From: an uncultured Christensenellaceae bacterium
Lineage (GTDB): Bacteria; Bacillota; Clostridia; Christensenellales; CAG-1252
NCBI GenBank assembly: GCA_964391805.1
Contig: CAYMNK010000006.1
Coordinates: 466-64,465 of the forward strand
DNA: 64,000 bases
Direction: 5' to 3'
Part shown: positions 46,950 through 55,222 of the stretch, piece by piece
How positions within the stretch are numbered: position 1 is the first letter of the stretch
How the letters are laid out: every line of letters starts with the position of its first letter
Notes under the pieces: model-generated
Told to the model about the DNA's origin: nothing
The model's database searches: none
Seen by the model: the letters and a program-made list of their open reading frames with translations, nothing else
Translations under genes and position numbers: made by a program

Positions 46950-48002
46950 CTAATCGAACAAATCAGTTTCATCCGAATCATCGTTCACTTCATTGTTCTT
47001 ATCTTCGTCGTAATCTTCGTCGTCAATGTCTTTGGAATCCCTATCATCAAAGAAGTCGTCCCAATCGTCGCTAAACTCGTCGTCGGGTTCAATAAAATCT
47101 TCACCGCCATGTGAGTCACGATAGTCACAATAAGCATTGACTTCTTTGATCTCTTTGATGCTTCTAACAACCCCGACAATGGGCACGATCAGGAAGAAAA
47201 GGAAAAACACTATTATGAACAATAGCGATGCATAGTCGGGATTCATTATGGTTTTAGTTGCATCGTCGAAGGACTTAGCAATCGCCATTCCGTTAGTATA
47301 ATTATCACTTTTTAAATACTTTTGCATGCTGTACTGAAAATCATTAAAAGCATCGTCGTCTACTATGTCTAAAGCGTCGGTCCCGGTGCAATCTATCCAC
47401 ATCCAAAAATCGAGATTTCCCGAATCCCACGATTCGGTATAAAGTATCATAAAGTGCCCTTCGTCATAAAAGGTTTCAAGATAGAGGTCATACGCATACT
47501 GTTCAAGAACCTCTTCGGTTATCTTATTACCGTATTCAACCGGTAAGGCAACTGCTTCAAAAGCGTACAGATACGGTTCTACACCGGTTTTTTCATAGAA
47601 AGCCTCCATGGATTCTTTAATCGCAGATTCTTCCTCTTTTGTAAACAAATTATTGGTATCGCTAATATATTCACCGCTATATAAACATTTGGATTCTTCC
47701 AATTTATGAGGTATTACGGCGAATACCATGCATACGCATAACGCTATTGCAAACAAGCTGAAGAGTGCCGACGGAATTATCGTATTCCAAATATTCCGCT
47801 TAATCGGCGTACCCTTATAGTAAAAATGCCGTCTACAACCTAATGAATTAATGTAGAAGAATCTTCTCGAACCCGGAAACGGTTTTGTATTCGAATATCG
47901 CGGTCCTTTATATCCACCCGAACTTCCGCCGTGTGAACCACCGCTGTGGAAACTACCGCTTCCGCCACCGCCACTATGTCCACCACCTCTCGATACAGGC
48001 AT
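46950..48002 (-). CDS. membrane protein with Gly/Ser/His-rich N-terminus, TPM-like extracytoplasmic domain, second TM and extremely acidic C-terminal tail
   Basis: ORF track. N-terminus MPVSRGGGHSGGGGSGSFHSGGSHGGSSGG. TM segments IIPSALFSLFAIALCVCMVFAVI and ASLLFIIVFFLFFLIVPIVGVV. ISDTNNLFTKEEESAIKESMEAFYEKTGVEPYLY resembles the start of a TPM domain. Tail DDEFSDDWDDFFDDRDSKDIDDEDYDED. Confidence 0.6.
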   Translation of the reverse strand: MPVSRGGGHSGGGGSGSFHSGGSHGGSSGGYKGPRYSNTKPFPGSRRFFYINSLGCRRHFYYKGTPIKRNIWNTIIPSALFSLFAIALCVCMVFAVIPHKLEESKCLYSGEYISDTNNLFTKEEESAIKESMEAFYEKTGVEPYLYAFEAVALPVEYGNKITEEVLEQYAYDLYLETFYDEGHFMILYTESWDSGNLDFWMWIDCTGTDALDIVDDDAFNDFQYSMQKYLKSDNYTNGMAIAKSFDDATKTIMNPDYASLLFIIVFFLFFLIVPIVGVVRSIKEIKEVNAYCDYRDSHGGEDFIEPDDEFSDDWDDFFDDRDSKDIDDEDYDEDKNNEVNDDSDETDLFD

Positions 48003-48039
48003 AATTGTTTCTCCTTATAATCAATTTGATTATAAATAT

Positions 48040-48068
48040 ATTATAGCACTTCAATATAAAATTGTAAA
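48040..48068 (-). promoter_or_regulatory. promoter for the 46950-48002 gene (TTTACA-17-TATAAT), followed by a 9-bp perfect palindrome
   Basis: -35 at 48068-48063, -10 at 48045-48040. The palindrome TATAATCAA-t-TTGATTATA at 48016-48034 lies between the -10 and the RBS. Confidence 0.5.
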
Positions 48069-48125
48069 CAAACCATGAATTTGGATTACGAAATTAATAT
48101 GGAATTAATTCGCTTTAAAAAATAA

Positions 48126-48300
48126 GGATTTTAGATACCGACGCGTTGCGTCGCCCTACGGGTTCGACTACGCTTACGCTCCGCTCAGTATGACATCGAT
48201 GGTACAGTACTGCTCATTCTTCCGCTCAGTATGATAGGACGGAAAACGATATGACGGCGGACGAATTCAGTGCTTAGTATGACTAATGGGCGGGCGATAC
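48126..48300 (+). repeat. intergenic structured repeat family, locus 4
   Basis: GGATTTTAGATAC, hairpin CGACGC-gtt-GCGTCG (48139-48153), GGGTTCGACTAC, cores at 48182 (CGCTCAGTATGAC) and 48223 (CGCTCAGTATGAT), GACGGCGGACGAA module at 48252. Confidence 0.9.
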
Positions 48301-48307
48301 TAATCGC

Positions 48308-50275
48308 TTATTTATAGCGAATCGTTTTACTTAGTTCGGGTTGCTCTACATTAGATGCAACTACAATATCAAATACCGTGTCATATACAACCCATTTATT
48401 GTCGGCAACTGAATAGTATTCGAAAGCATGACGATCGAGATGTACTCTGATTCTTTGAGTTTCTCCTGCCTTGATGAATACCTTTGTAAATCCTTTAAGT
48501 TCCAATGCCGGACGATACACCTTAGAAACCGTCTCTGAAACATAAACTTGTGGAACTTCGTAACCGTCAACATCACTCACATTGGTCACATCAAAAGAAA
48601 CGTCAAAACCGTCACCATTGGGGACGACCTCGAGATTTTCATATTCGAATTCGGAATAGCTTAATCCGTATCCAAACGGGAACAACACGGGCTCGGCTTC
48701 GCCAAAGGTGGAGAAATAACGATAACCGACATTCAAGCCTTCTTCATATTTCATAACGGTGGAATCGCGATATGCTTTTTCGGCAGGTACATCTGAGAGA
48801 GATAATGGGAATGTTTCGCTGATTCTTCCGCTTGGGTTGACCTTACCCGAAAAAATTTCCGCAAGTGCCTTGTGATTATATTGTCCGCTGTAACCTACCC
48901 AGATTACTGCATCGACAAGATCGATCCATTCGCTCATATCGATAGCTGCACCTGCATATACGGCAACAACCAACTTTTTGGCAACTCTTGAAAAATCCAT
49001 GATAGCAATCTCTTCTTCGCGCGAAAGTCTAATCTTTTGACGATCAGTACCTTCATACTCACAACTGTTGGGATCACCAACCGCAAAAACGGTTACGTCC
49101 GCCAATGCAGAACGCTTAAGTGCTTCAGGCATATTACCTACATGACATTGGTGTCCATTGCTTTCCCATATCGATTCGTACCACTCGGCATTAAATCCCT
49201 CAGATTTAAGTGCAACATCCAATGGTTGGAAAGGAACCTCGGGGGTAACCTCGGACGAACCACCGCCATAGTAATATCTAAATGAAGGCGCACCCGTAAC
49301 AAAGACACTCTGCTTCTTGTCTAAAGGCAACACATCTTCGTTTTTAAGTAATACCATACCTTCCCGAGCGATTTCCAAAGCAATTGCTCTACGCTCTTCT
49401 TTGGATAAATCAATTTTTCTGAGTTTACTCTCTGCCTCGAGTTTTTCGGCAAAATCAACGACCTCTTGAGCACACTTATTGAGTGCGACCTCGTCGAGAT
49501 CGCCTTTACGAGCATATTCGAGAAGCTCTTTTTGGAGATACTCTTCGAAAGGCATTGTCAATGCAAGACCTTGCTCAACGCTGGCTTTGGCATCCTTAAC
49601 GGCGCCCCAATCCGATATAACTAAACCGTCAAAGCCGAATTCGTCGCGCAAAACATCAAACAATTTACCGTTTTCGGACATTCTTCTACCGTTAACAAGA
49701 TTATATGCGCACATTACACTCCAAGGCTTGGCTTGAGCGGCAATGCGGAATACTTCAAGGTATATTTCCCTCAAGGTACGTTCGTCAACTTCCATGCTTG
49801 CCCAAAGACGGCTGAATTCGCTGTTATTACAGCAATAATGTTTCATACACGTACCTACATGTTTTTCTTGGACACCCTCGATATATGCCTTACCCAACAT
49901 ACCTGCTAAGTATGGATCCTCGGAATAATATTCGAAATTTCTTCCGTTGGTTGGTAAGCGTTTAATATTTAGGCCGGGTCCCAAAATTACGTCAACACCG
50001 AATTCGATCGCTTCGTTTGCAATTGCGTTACCCATTTTCTTGGTAAGCGGTAAATTCCAAGTGTTAGCCATGATTTGAGATGAAGGAAATGCAATAGCAG
50101 GCAAAGGATGCGAATCGTTTCGATTGGTCACATCGAAAGTGCGCATACCTACGGTTGCATCCGATACTTTAAATTTGTATATTTGTCCGTCAATGTCATA
50201 GTTAGACCAAACATCAACACCCATGGTTAGGCGTACTCGTTGGTCAATTGGCAATTTTGATACGTCGATTTTCAT
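48308..50275 (-). CDS. glycoside hydrolase family 3 beta-glucosidase (655 aa)
   Basis: GH3 N-terminal domain with GFDGLVISDWGAV (nucleophile Asp motif), GH3 C-terminal domain and an Fn3-like end (GYGLSYSEFEY). Confidence 0.9.
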   Translation of the reverse strand: MKIDVSKLPIDQRVRLTMGVDVWSNYDIDGQIYKFKVSDATVGMRTFDVTNRNDSHPLPAIAFPSSQIMANTWNLPLTKKMGNAIANEAIEFGVDVILGPGLNIKRLPTNGRNFEYYSEDPYLAGMLGKAYIEGVQEKHVGTCMKHYCCNNSEFSRLWASMEVDERTLREIYLEVFRIAAQAKPWSVMCAYNLVNGRRMSENGKLFDVLRDEFGFDGLVISDWGAVKDAKASVEQGLALTMPFEEYLQKELLEYARKGDLDEVALNKCAQEVVDFAEKLEAESKLRKIDLSKEERRAIALEIAREGMVLLKNEDVLPLDKKQSVFVTGAPSFRYYYGGGSSEVTPEVPFQPLDVALKSEGFNAEWYESIWESNGHQCHVGNMPEALKRSALADVTVFAVGDPNSCEYEGTDRQKIRLSREEEIAIMDFSRVAKKLVVAVYAGAAIDMSEWIDLVDAVIWVGYSGQYNHKALAEIFSGKVNPSGRISETFPLSLSDVPAEKAYRDSTVMKYEEGLNVGYRYFSTFGEAEPVLFPFGYGLSYSEFEYENLEVVPNGDGFDVSFDVTNVSDVDGYEVPQVYVSETVSKVYRPALELKGFTKVFIKAGETQRIRVHLDRHAFEYYSVADNKWVVYDTVFDIVVASNVEQPELSKTIRYK

Positions 50276-50339
50276 AAATTGTTCTCCTTAAAAAAGTAAG
50301 TTAATGCGAACCACATTTTATATTAATTCGCACAATAAT

Positions 50340-50368
50340 ATTCTACATAATAAAAAAGCAAGTGTCAA
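50340..50368 (-). promoter_or_regulatory. promoter for the GH3 gene (TTGACA-17-TAGAAT)
   Basis: -35 at 50368-50363, -10 at 50345-50340. Confidence 0.5.
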
Positions 50369-50470
50369 TAGCGTTGTTAAAAAATGTCAGAAAAATCCAT
50401 ATAAAATGGTTTAGTGATAGCATAATAATCAAATACTTATATCGACAGCAAAAGCAAGATTGATTTCGAC

Positions 50471-50511
50471 AAAAAAATGGGATGTTCATTCCATAGGTTT
50501 TTGAACATCCC
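50471..50511 (-). terminator. terminator after the amino-acid ABC operon
   Basis: GGGATGTTCA-13 nt-TGAACATCCC followed on the minus strand by ATTTTTTT. Confidence 0.7.
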
Positions 50512-50539
50512 CTTTTATGTAGTTATTATGCACAATGCA

Positions 50540-51319
50540 TTATTTGTTATCTGACGATAAAACACGCTTGAGAAACTCTTTGGTTCTCTCTTCTTTTGGA
50601 TTTGTGAATATGACGTCAGGGGTGTCATCCTCAACAATTACGCCTTGGTCCATAAACAATACTCTTGAAGCAACATCCTTCGCAAATCCCATTTCGTGAG
50701 TTACTACAAGCATGGTCAAGCCCGAACCTGCAAGTTCTCTCATTATATCCAAAACTTCGCCGACCATCTCGGGATCCAATGCAGAAGTAGGTTCGTCGAA
50801 AAGAAGTACTTCGGGTTGCATAGCCAAAGCACGAGCAATGGCAACTCTTTGTTTTTGTCCGCCCGATAATTGATGCGGTTTAGCATTGACATATTCGCTC
50901 ATACCGACCATTTCCAAATATTTGAGCGCATTATCTTCCGCCTCTTGCTTGGATTTTTGAAGGACTTTGGTTTGTCCTATTATGCAGTTTTTGAGAACCG
51001 ACATATTGTTAAACAAATTGAAGGACTGGAATACCATACCGACTTTGGTGCGGAATAATGCACGATCATGGATTGTTTCGATATTCTCACCACGGTACGA
51101 TATAGAACCTGTAGTTATGTCTTCAAACTTGTTGATACAGCGTAAAAGGGTGGATTTACCGCTACCCGACGAGCCGATTATACAAATAACCTCTCCCGAA
51201 CTAACCTTGAAATCGATATCGTTCAAAACTTCGTGGTCACCGAAGACCTTGCCTACATGCTCGACCTCTATAACATATTCGCCGTTAGATATTACATCGT
51301 TGTTAATATTGTCGTTCAT
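50540..51319 (-). CDS. polar amino-acid ABC transporter ATP-binding protein (GlnQ-like)
   Basis: [45 protein letters not shown]. Confidence 0.93.
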   Translation of the reverse strand: MNDNINNDVISNGEYVIEVEHVGKVFGDHEVLNDIDFKVSSGEVICIIGSSGSGKSTLLRCINKFEDITTGSISYRGENIETIHDRALFRTKVGMVFQSFNLFNNMSVLKNCIIGQTKVLQKSKQEAEDNALKYLEMVGMSEYVNAKPHQLSGGQKQRVAIARALAMQPEVLLFDEPTSALDPEMVGEVLDIMRELAGSGLTMLVVTHEMGFAKDVASRVLFMDQGVIVEDDTPDVIFTNPKEERTKEFLKRVLSSDNK

Positions 51320-51321
51320 AA

Positions 51322-52104
51322 TTACTCCTTATTGACCTCGTCAATGATGGCTATGGACTCGGCATCCATATTGCCCGAACCTTTGATAACATAATTCTTA
51401 CTGCCTGCAAGTTTACGCTCTACCAAAAGCAAGATTCTACTGATACCGAAGGTCAAAATAAAGTAGATAATTGCAGCAAATAAGTACGTACCGAAATACA
51501 AATAATTATTTGTAGCTATATCCTTAGTTACAAAGAATAACTCGGCAAATCCGATAACATTCAATACGGATGTATCCTTGATGTTGATAATGAATTCGTT
51601 AGCAACGGACGGTAGAATATTGCGCATAACCTGAGGTATAACGACATATACCATGGCTTGAAAATGGTTCATTCCGATAGCCTCGGCTCCTTCGAATTGT
51701 CCTTTATCTATAGAGATGATACCGCCCCTTACTATCTCCGCCATATACGCACCGGTATTGATGCTGACGATAAATAGTGCGGACACGGTTACGTCTAACG
51801 TATCGCCACCCGAAAGAATAGCATAACCCCAATAGATAACCATAGCTTGAACCATCATCGGAGTACCTCTGAATACTTCGACGTATGCACTGATAATAAA
51901 ATCTATTATCTTCTTAAATACCTTGCCAACCTTATTGTGAGGATTAACGGGATATGTACGAATAACGCCTACTATTAAACCAATCAAAAGACCCATGATA
52001 GTACCGACTATCGATACGAGTAACGTTAGTCCGATACCCTTGAGGACCTGTTTAATATAAAAATCGCTCGAGAAAATCCCTTTTACTACTTCAATAAATT
52101 GCAT
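51322..52104 (-). CDS. polar amino-acid ABC transporter permease (His/Glu/Gln/Arg/opine family)
   Basis: 260 aa, about 5-6 TM, EAA-like loop [28 protein letters not shown]. Confidence 0.9.
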   Translation of the reverse strand: MQFIEVVKGIFSSDFYIKQVLKGIGLTLLVSIVGTIMGLLIGLIVGVIRTYPVNPHNKVGKVFKKIIDFIISAYVEVFRGTPMMVQAMVIYWGYAILSGGDTLDVTVSALFIVSINTGAYMAEIVRGGIISIDKGQFEGAEAIGMNHFQAMVYVVIPQVMRNILPSVANEFIINIKDTSVLNVIGFAELFFVTKDIATNNYLYFGTYLFAAIIYFILTFGISRILLLVERKLAGSKNYVIKGSGNMDAESIAIIDEVNKE

Positions 52105-52108
52105 TGTA

Positions 52109-52954
52109 CTATCCTACGTATTTTGTACTTAATTCGGTTGCTTCTTCCATTAATTGTAATCTTTCTTCGGCAGAAATACCTGCTAAAACTTGGTTTATAG
52201 CATCCTTATAACTGCTTCCCTTCTTAAGACCGATAGCAATAGCTGTATCTGCATCAGTTGCGCTGAAGCCGGTAGTATTGTTCTTGAGAGGGATATAGGT
52301 GAAATCGCTGTTTGCAGCACAGTCAGCCTTTGCACCCGGTTCTTCTGCAATATAACCGTCGATAGCCTTACTCTTAAGTGCGTTGATCATAAGGGGGAAA
52401 GTGTCCATAGATGTTTGTACAGAGATTCCGTAATTGGGACCTTGTTCCTTAAGTGCATCCTCATGGAATGTACCTTGTTGAGCAACCAACTTAGCGCCGT
52501 TAAAATCGCTAAGGCTATTAGCAGAAGCAAAATTTCCATCCTTACGAACTACGATAACGAGGTTACCATTATAATAAACGTCCGAAAAATCGATGGCTTG
52601 CATTCTCTCAGCTGTAGGAGACATACCGGCAATGATGAAGTCCAAAGCACCAGATGTAACTGCGGGAATCAAAGCATTAAATTCATATTTATATACTTTC
52701 AATTCCTTACCGAGAGCTTCGGCAACCTTTTTAGCGATCATTATATCATAGCCACCTGCATAGCCGTCGTTATTTGCAATTTGAACTGCACCATCAGCAT
52801 CGGTGGATTGCGTCCAGTTATAAGGAGCATATCCGCATTCCAAACCTACGGTGATATAATCTTTTTCGCCCTCGTTATTATTACATGCGGTAAAGCAACA
52901 TACAACGGATAATACGAGAGTCAAAATTAATACGATAGAAACTAATTTTTTCAT
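52109..52954 (-). CDS. amino-acid ABC transporter substrate-binding lipoprotein (probably lysine, given the riboswitch)
   Basis: Start ATG 52954 (MKKLVSIVLILTLVLSVVCCFTAC, lipobox) after AGAGGA. Family-3 SBP features. The longer track ORF (to 53062) runs into the riboswitch terminator. Confidence 0.85.
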   Translation of the reverse strand: MKKLVSIVLILTLVLSVVCCFTACNNNEGEKDYITVGLECGYAPYNWTQSTDADGAVQIANNDGYAGGYDIMIAKKVAEALGKELKVYKYEFNALIPAVTSGALDFIIAGMSPTAERMQAIDFSDVYYNGNLVIVVRKDGNFASANSLSDFNGAKLVAQQGTFHEDALKEQGPNYGISVQTSMDTFPLMINALKSKAIDGYIAEEPGAKADCAANSDFTYIPLKNNTTGFSATDADTAIAIGLKKGSSYKDAINQVLAGISAEERLQLMEEATELSTKYVG

Positions 52955-52994
52955 TTTTAAATCCTCTGTAATTAATATTTCTAATCGATATGGC

Positions 52995-53031
52995 AATAAA
53001 AAACCGTGATTCGAGCGTATCAAATCACGGT
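52995..53031 (-). terminator. intrinsic terminator = expression platform of the lysine riboswitch
   Basis: Minus strand: ACCGTGATT-11 nt-AATCACGGT followed by TTTTTATT, about 40 nt upstream of the SBP start codon. Confidence 0.75.
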
Positions 53032-53060
53032 CAAAAAACCATAACTTAAGATAGCACTCC

Positions 53061-53216
53061 ACATTTTTAAATGCGACAGTCTAAGGCATATTCTACCTTA
53101 ACCCAGCAAGGCGAGCTTTGACATACTCGACAAGCTTCGGCGACCTCTCCTTTCGGCTAACCGCAATCGTCAAAACGGATAGCGTACTGATATCGGACGC
53201 GCCTCTATCATTAGAT
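53061..53216 (-). promoter_or_regulatory. lysine riboswitch (L-box) aptamer
   Basis: The minus strand reads GAUAGAGGCGCGUCCGAUAUCAGUA ... AGCCGAAAGGAGAGGUCGCCGAAGC ... CUUGCUGGGUUAAGG ... CCUUAGACUGUCGCA. This matches the conserved L-box blocks of B. subtilis lysC (AGAGGUGC, GAGUA, GGGGAGCGUCGCCGAAG, GCUGG, GGCUGUCA) in order and spacing. Confidence 0.85.
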
Positions 53217-53222
53217 GTTAGT

Positions 53223-53251
53223 ATTGTAACAGCATTAAATTGAATAGTCAA
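53223..53251 (-). promoter_or_regulatory. promoter of the riboswitch-ABC operon (TTGACT-17-TACAAT)
   Basis: -35 at 53251-53246, -10 at 53228-53223, immediately upstream of the riboswitch. Confidence 0.6.
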
Positions 53252-53277
53252 CCTTTTTAGGTATGTTTGTCAAAAAA

Positions 53278-53310
53278 ATATTCTCGAAAAATATTCTCGA
53301 AAAGTATTCG
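53278..53310. repeat. tandem 13-bp direct repeat ATATTCTCGAAAA x2 plus a partial third copy
   Basis: 53278-53290 and 53291-53303 are identical; GTATTCG follows. The repeat sits just upstream of the -35 of the riboswitch promoter. Confidence 0.8.
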
Positions 53311-53325
53311 CATGTGTTTTATAGA

Positions 53326-53397
53326 ATAAGATACCGACGCTTTGCGTCGCTGCTACGCAGTTCGACTTCGGTCTATCGACCTACGCTCAGTATGACA
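53326..53397 (+). repeat. intergenic structured repeat family, locus 5
   Basis: AAGATAC, hairpin CGACGC-ttt-GCGTCG (53335-53349), GCTACGCAGTTCGACTTC, GGTC-tatc-GACC (53370-53381), core CGCTCAGTATGAC (53384-53396). Confidence 0.9.
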
Positions 53398-53480
53398 TAA
53401 ATATTTATCCGCAATTTTGCAGAGCATAACATCATTTACATCAGCGTTTCCATCCAAGAATTGATGGGACTTTGATGTAA

Positions 53481-53515
53481 CGAAAAAGCCTTGACGGTTC
53501 CGCCAAGGCTTTTTC
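53481..53515 (-). terminator. terminator after the ferredoxin gene (bidirectional shape)
   Basis: AGCCTTG-10 nt-CAAGGCT flanked by an A-run and a T-run. Confidence 0.7.
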
Positions 53516-53547
53516 ATTAATCGGTTAGACCGAAAAATTAATCAAAA

Positions 53548-53718
53548 CTATTGCTCGTTGATAGCGCCAACGGGACATACGGATTCGCAAACACCGCAGT
53601 CGATGCATTCGTTAGGATCGATAACGTATTTATCGGAACCTTCGCTGATAGCGCCAACGGGGCAGTTCTCTTTACAAGTACCGCACATAACACAGTCAGA
53701 ATTAATAACTCTTGCCAT
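53548..53718 (-). CDS. 2x[4Fe-4S] ferredoxin, 56 aa (below the ORF-track length cutoff)
   Basis: Own translation: MARVINSDCVMCGTCKENCPVGAISEGSDKYVIDPNECIDCGVCESVCPVGAINEQ*. It contains two CxxCxxCxxxCP motifs; 171 nt in frame. The overlapping listed ORFs (53538..53723 -, 53551..53736 +, 53558..53767 +) are off-frame. Confidence 0.88.
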   Translation of the reverse strand: MARVINSDCVMCGTCKENCPVGAISEGSDKYVIDPNECIDCGVCESVCPVGAINEQ

Positions 53719-53856
53719 AACATTACACTCCTTTAATAGTATACGATTATTATATCATACGGATTAGAAATATACAAATACTTTTAACTATTTTATCCAA
53801 ATGAATTTATATTTTTTGAAGAAGCGTTGCTTCCTTTTATACAAAGTGTCGTTTGG

Positions 53857-55122
53857 CTACGCTTCCTCTTCTTCTTTTGGAAGCACGTCGAGTCTTACTT
53901 CCATTATACGACGCCTCGAAACCTTATTGACGGTAAGTTTGAGGTTTTCATACTCTACCGAGGCACCCTCTCTGGGCATTCTACCGCTTAGTTCGTTGAT
54001 CAATCCGCCTATGGTGGTTGCGTCAAAGTCATCGGTATCTATATCGAATAAGTCATGTAGAATATCTATTTCAGCATCACCGCGCAAAGAATATTGGGTA
54101 TCGGATACCTTTATGTAATTTTCTTCCAACTCGTCCGTTTCGTCCCAAATTTCGCCAACCAACTCTTCGAGAATATCCTCGAGCGTTACAATACCTTGGG
54201 TACCTCCGAATTCGTCGGTAACTACTGCGATATGAACTTTATTCTTTTGTAAAAGTTTCAACAATTCGCTTATTTTGATAGATTCGACCGTATAGACTGG
54301 CGGTTTCATAATTTCGCGAATATTTCTATCGGTGTTGAAGATTTCGCTATAGAAATCCTTTTCGTGGATTACACCTATGATATTATCCACCGTTCCTTCG
54401 TATATCGGTATACGAGAAAAGCCGGACTCTGCAATCATTTCGGCTAATTCTTTAGAAGATATCGTAATCGGAGCAGCTATTACGTCTACTCTCGGAGTAA
54501 GGATTTCGCCCGCAGTACAGTCGATAAATTCGATTGCCGAACGGATGAGTTGTCCTTCCTCTTCCTTGATACCGCCGACGCTTTCTGCCTCGTCTACGAT
54601 GGTTAATATCTCGTTTTCGGTGAATCCGTTATTTTCTTTGGATTTGAAGACCTTACCGAGTCCCTTTTTGATAGCGCTGAAGAAAGCGCAGAAGGGGGTG
54701 AATATCGTCATCAATAAACTGACAAATGGAGCTACTGCCATTGAAAACGATTCGGGAAATTCCTTAGCAATATTTTTAGGAACGACCTCACCGAAAATCA
54801 ATACGACTATCGTCGAAACAATGGTTGAAACGGTTGCCGCGGCATCGCTTCCAATATTACCTGCCAATGCAGTCACGAATACAAGGGTGGAAATTGTTGA
54901 CAGCGTTATATTGACGATGTTATTACCGATAAGAACTGCGGATAGCATCTTATCGTATTTTTCGATTATTTTTTCAACTCTTTTCGCTTTTTTGTCGCCA
55001 TCAGATGCAAGCGTTTTGATTTTGACTCTGTTCACCGACGTAAAAGCGGTTTCCGAAGCCGAGAAAAAGGCTGAAAACATTAGGCACACGACCATTATAG
55101 TGATATTAAGCGCATAGTTCAT
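53857..55122 (-). CDS. CNNM/CorC-type membrane protein (DUF21 + CBS pair + CorC_HlyC; 'hemolysin family')
   Basis: ATG 55122 (MNYALNITIM..) lies 7 nt after GGAGG. SASETAF is the DUF21 start. CBS region and C-terminal domain are typical of the family. Confidence 0.88.
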   Translation of the reverse strand: MNYALNITIMVVCLMFSAFFSASETAFTSVNRVKIKTLASDGDKKAKRVEKIIEKYDKMLSAVLIGNNIVNITLSTISTLVFVTALAGNIGSDAAATVSTIVSTIVVLIFGEVVPKNIAKEFPESFSMAVAPFVSLLMTIFTPFCAFFSAIKKGLGKVFKSKENNGFTENEILTIVDEAESVGGIKEEEGQLIRSAIEFIDCTAGEILTPRVDVIAAPITISSKELAEMIAESGFSRIPIYEGTVDNIIGVIHEKDFYSEIFNTDRNIREIMKPPVYTVESIKISELLKLLQKNKVHIAVVTDEFGGTQGIVTLEDILEELVGEIWDETDELEENYIKVSDTQYSLRGDAEIDILHDLFDIDTDDFDATTIGGLINELSGRMPREGASVEYENLKLTVNKVSRRRIMEVRLDVLPKEEEEA

Positions 55123-55222
55123 GTTGTACCTCCTCAAATGCGCTCAATGAGTAATAACAGTGTGTGTTACTGTAAGGGTCTGAAGTTTCTTCGTGCATTT
55201 TTTTAAATCCTCTCAATTATTT

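Noticed and set aside
52190-52912. 240-aa plus-strand ORF
   Set aside because: It is antisense to the well-supported substrate-binding protein gene. Its composition is Cys/Ile-rich nonsense and there is no RBS. The same applies to 54377..55117 (246 aa, antisense to the CNNM gene), 57258..57755, 38642..39124 and 40651..41085.
52955-53062. N-terminal extension of the substrate-binding protein ORF (MECYLKLWFFDRDLIRSNHGF..)
   Set aside because: This stretch is the riboswitch terminator and leader. The lipoprotein signal with an RBS starts at 52954. Similar spurious 5' extensions were trimmed at 23958-23996, 35289-35363, 46196-46264, 55123-55137 and 57238-57378.
35705-53368. tRNA-like T-loop (GGTTCGACT) inside the intergenic repeat units
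   Set aside because: The flanking bases do not form a T-stem, and no acceptor, D or anticodon arms can be drawn. The resemblance is limited to 8-9 nt.
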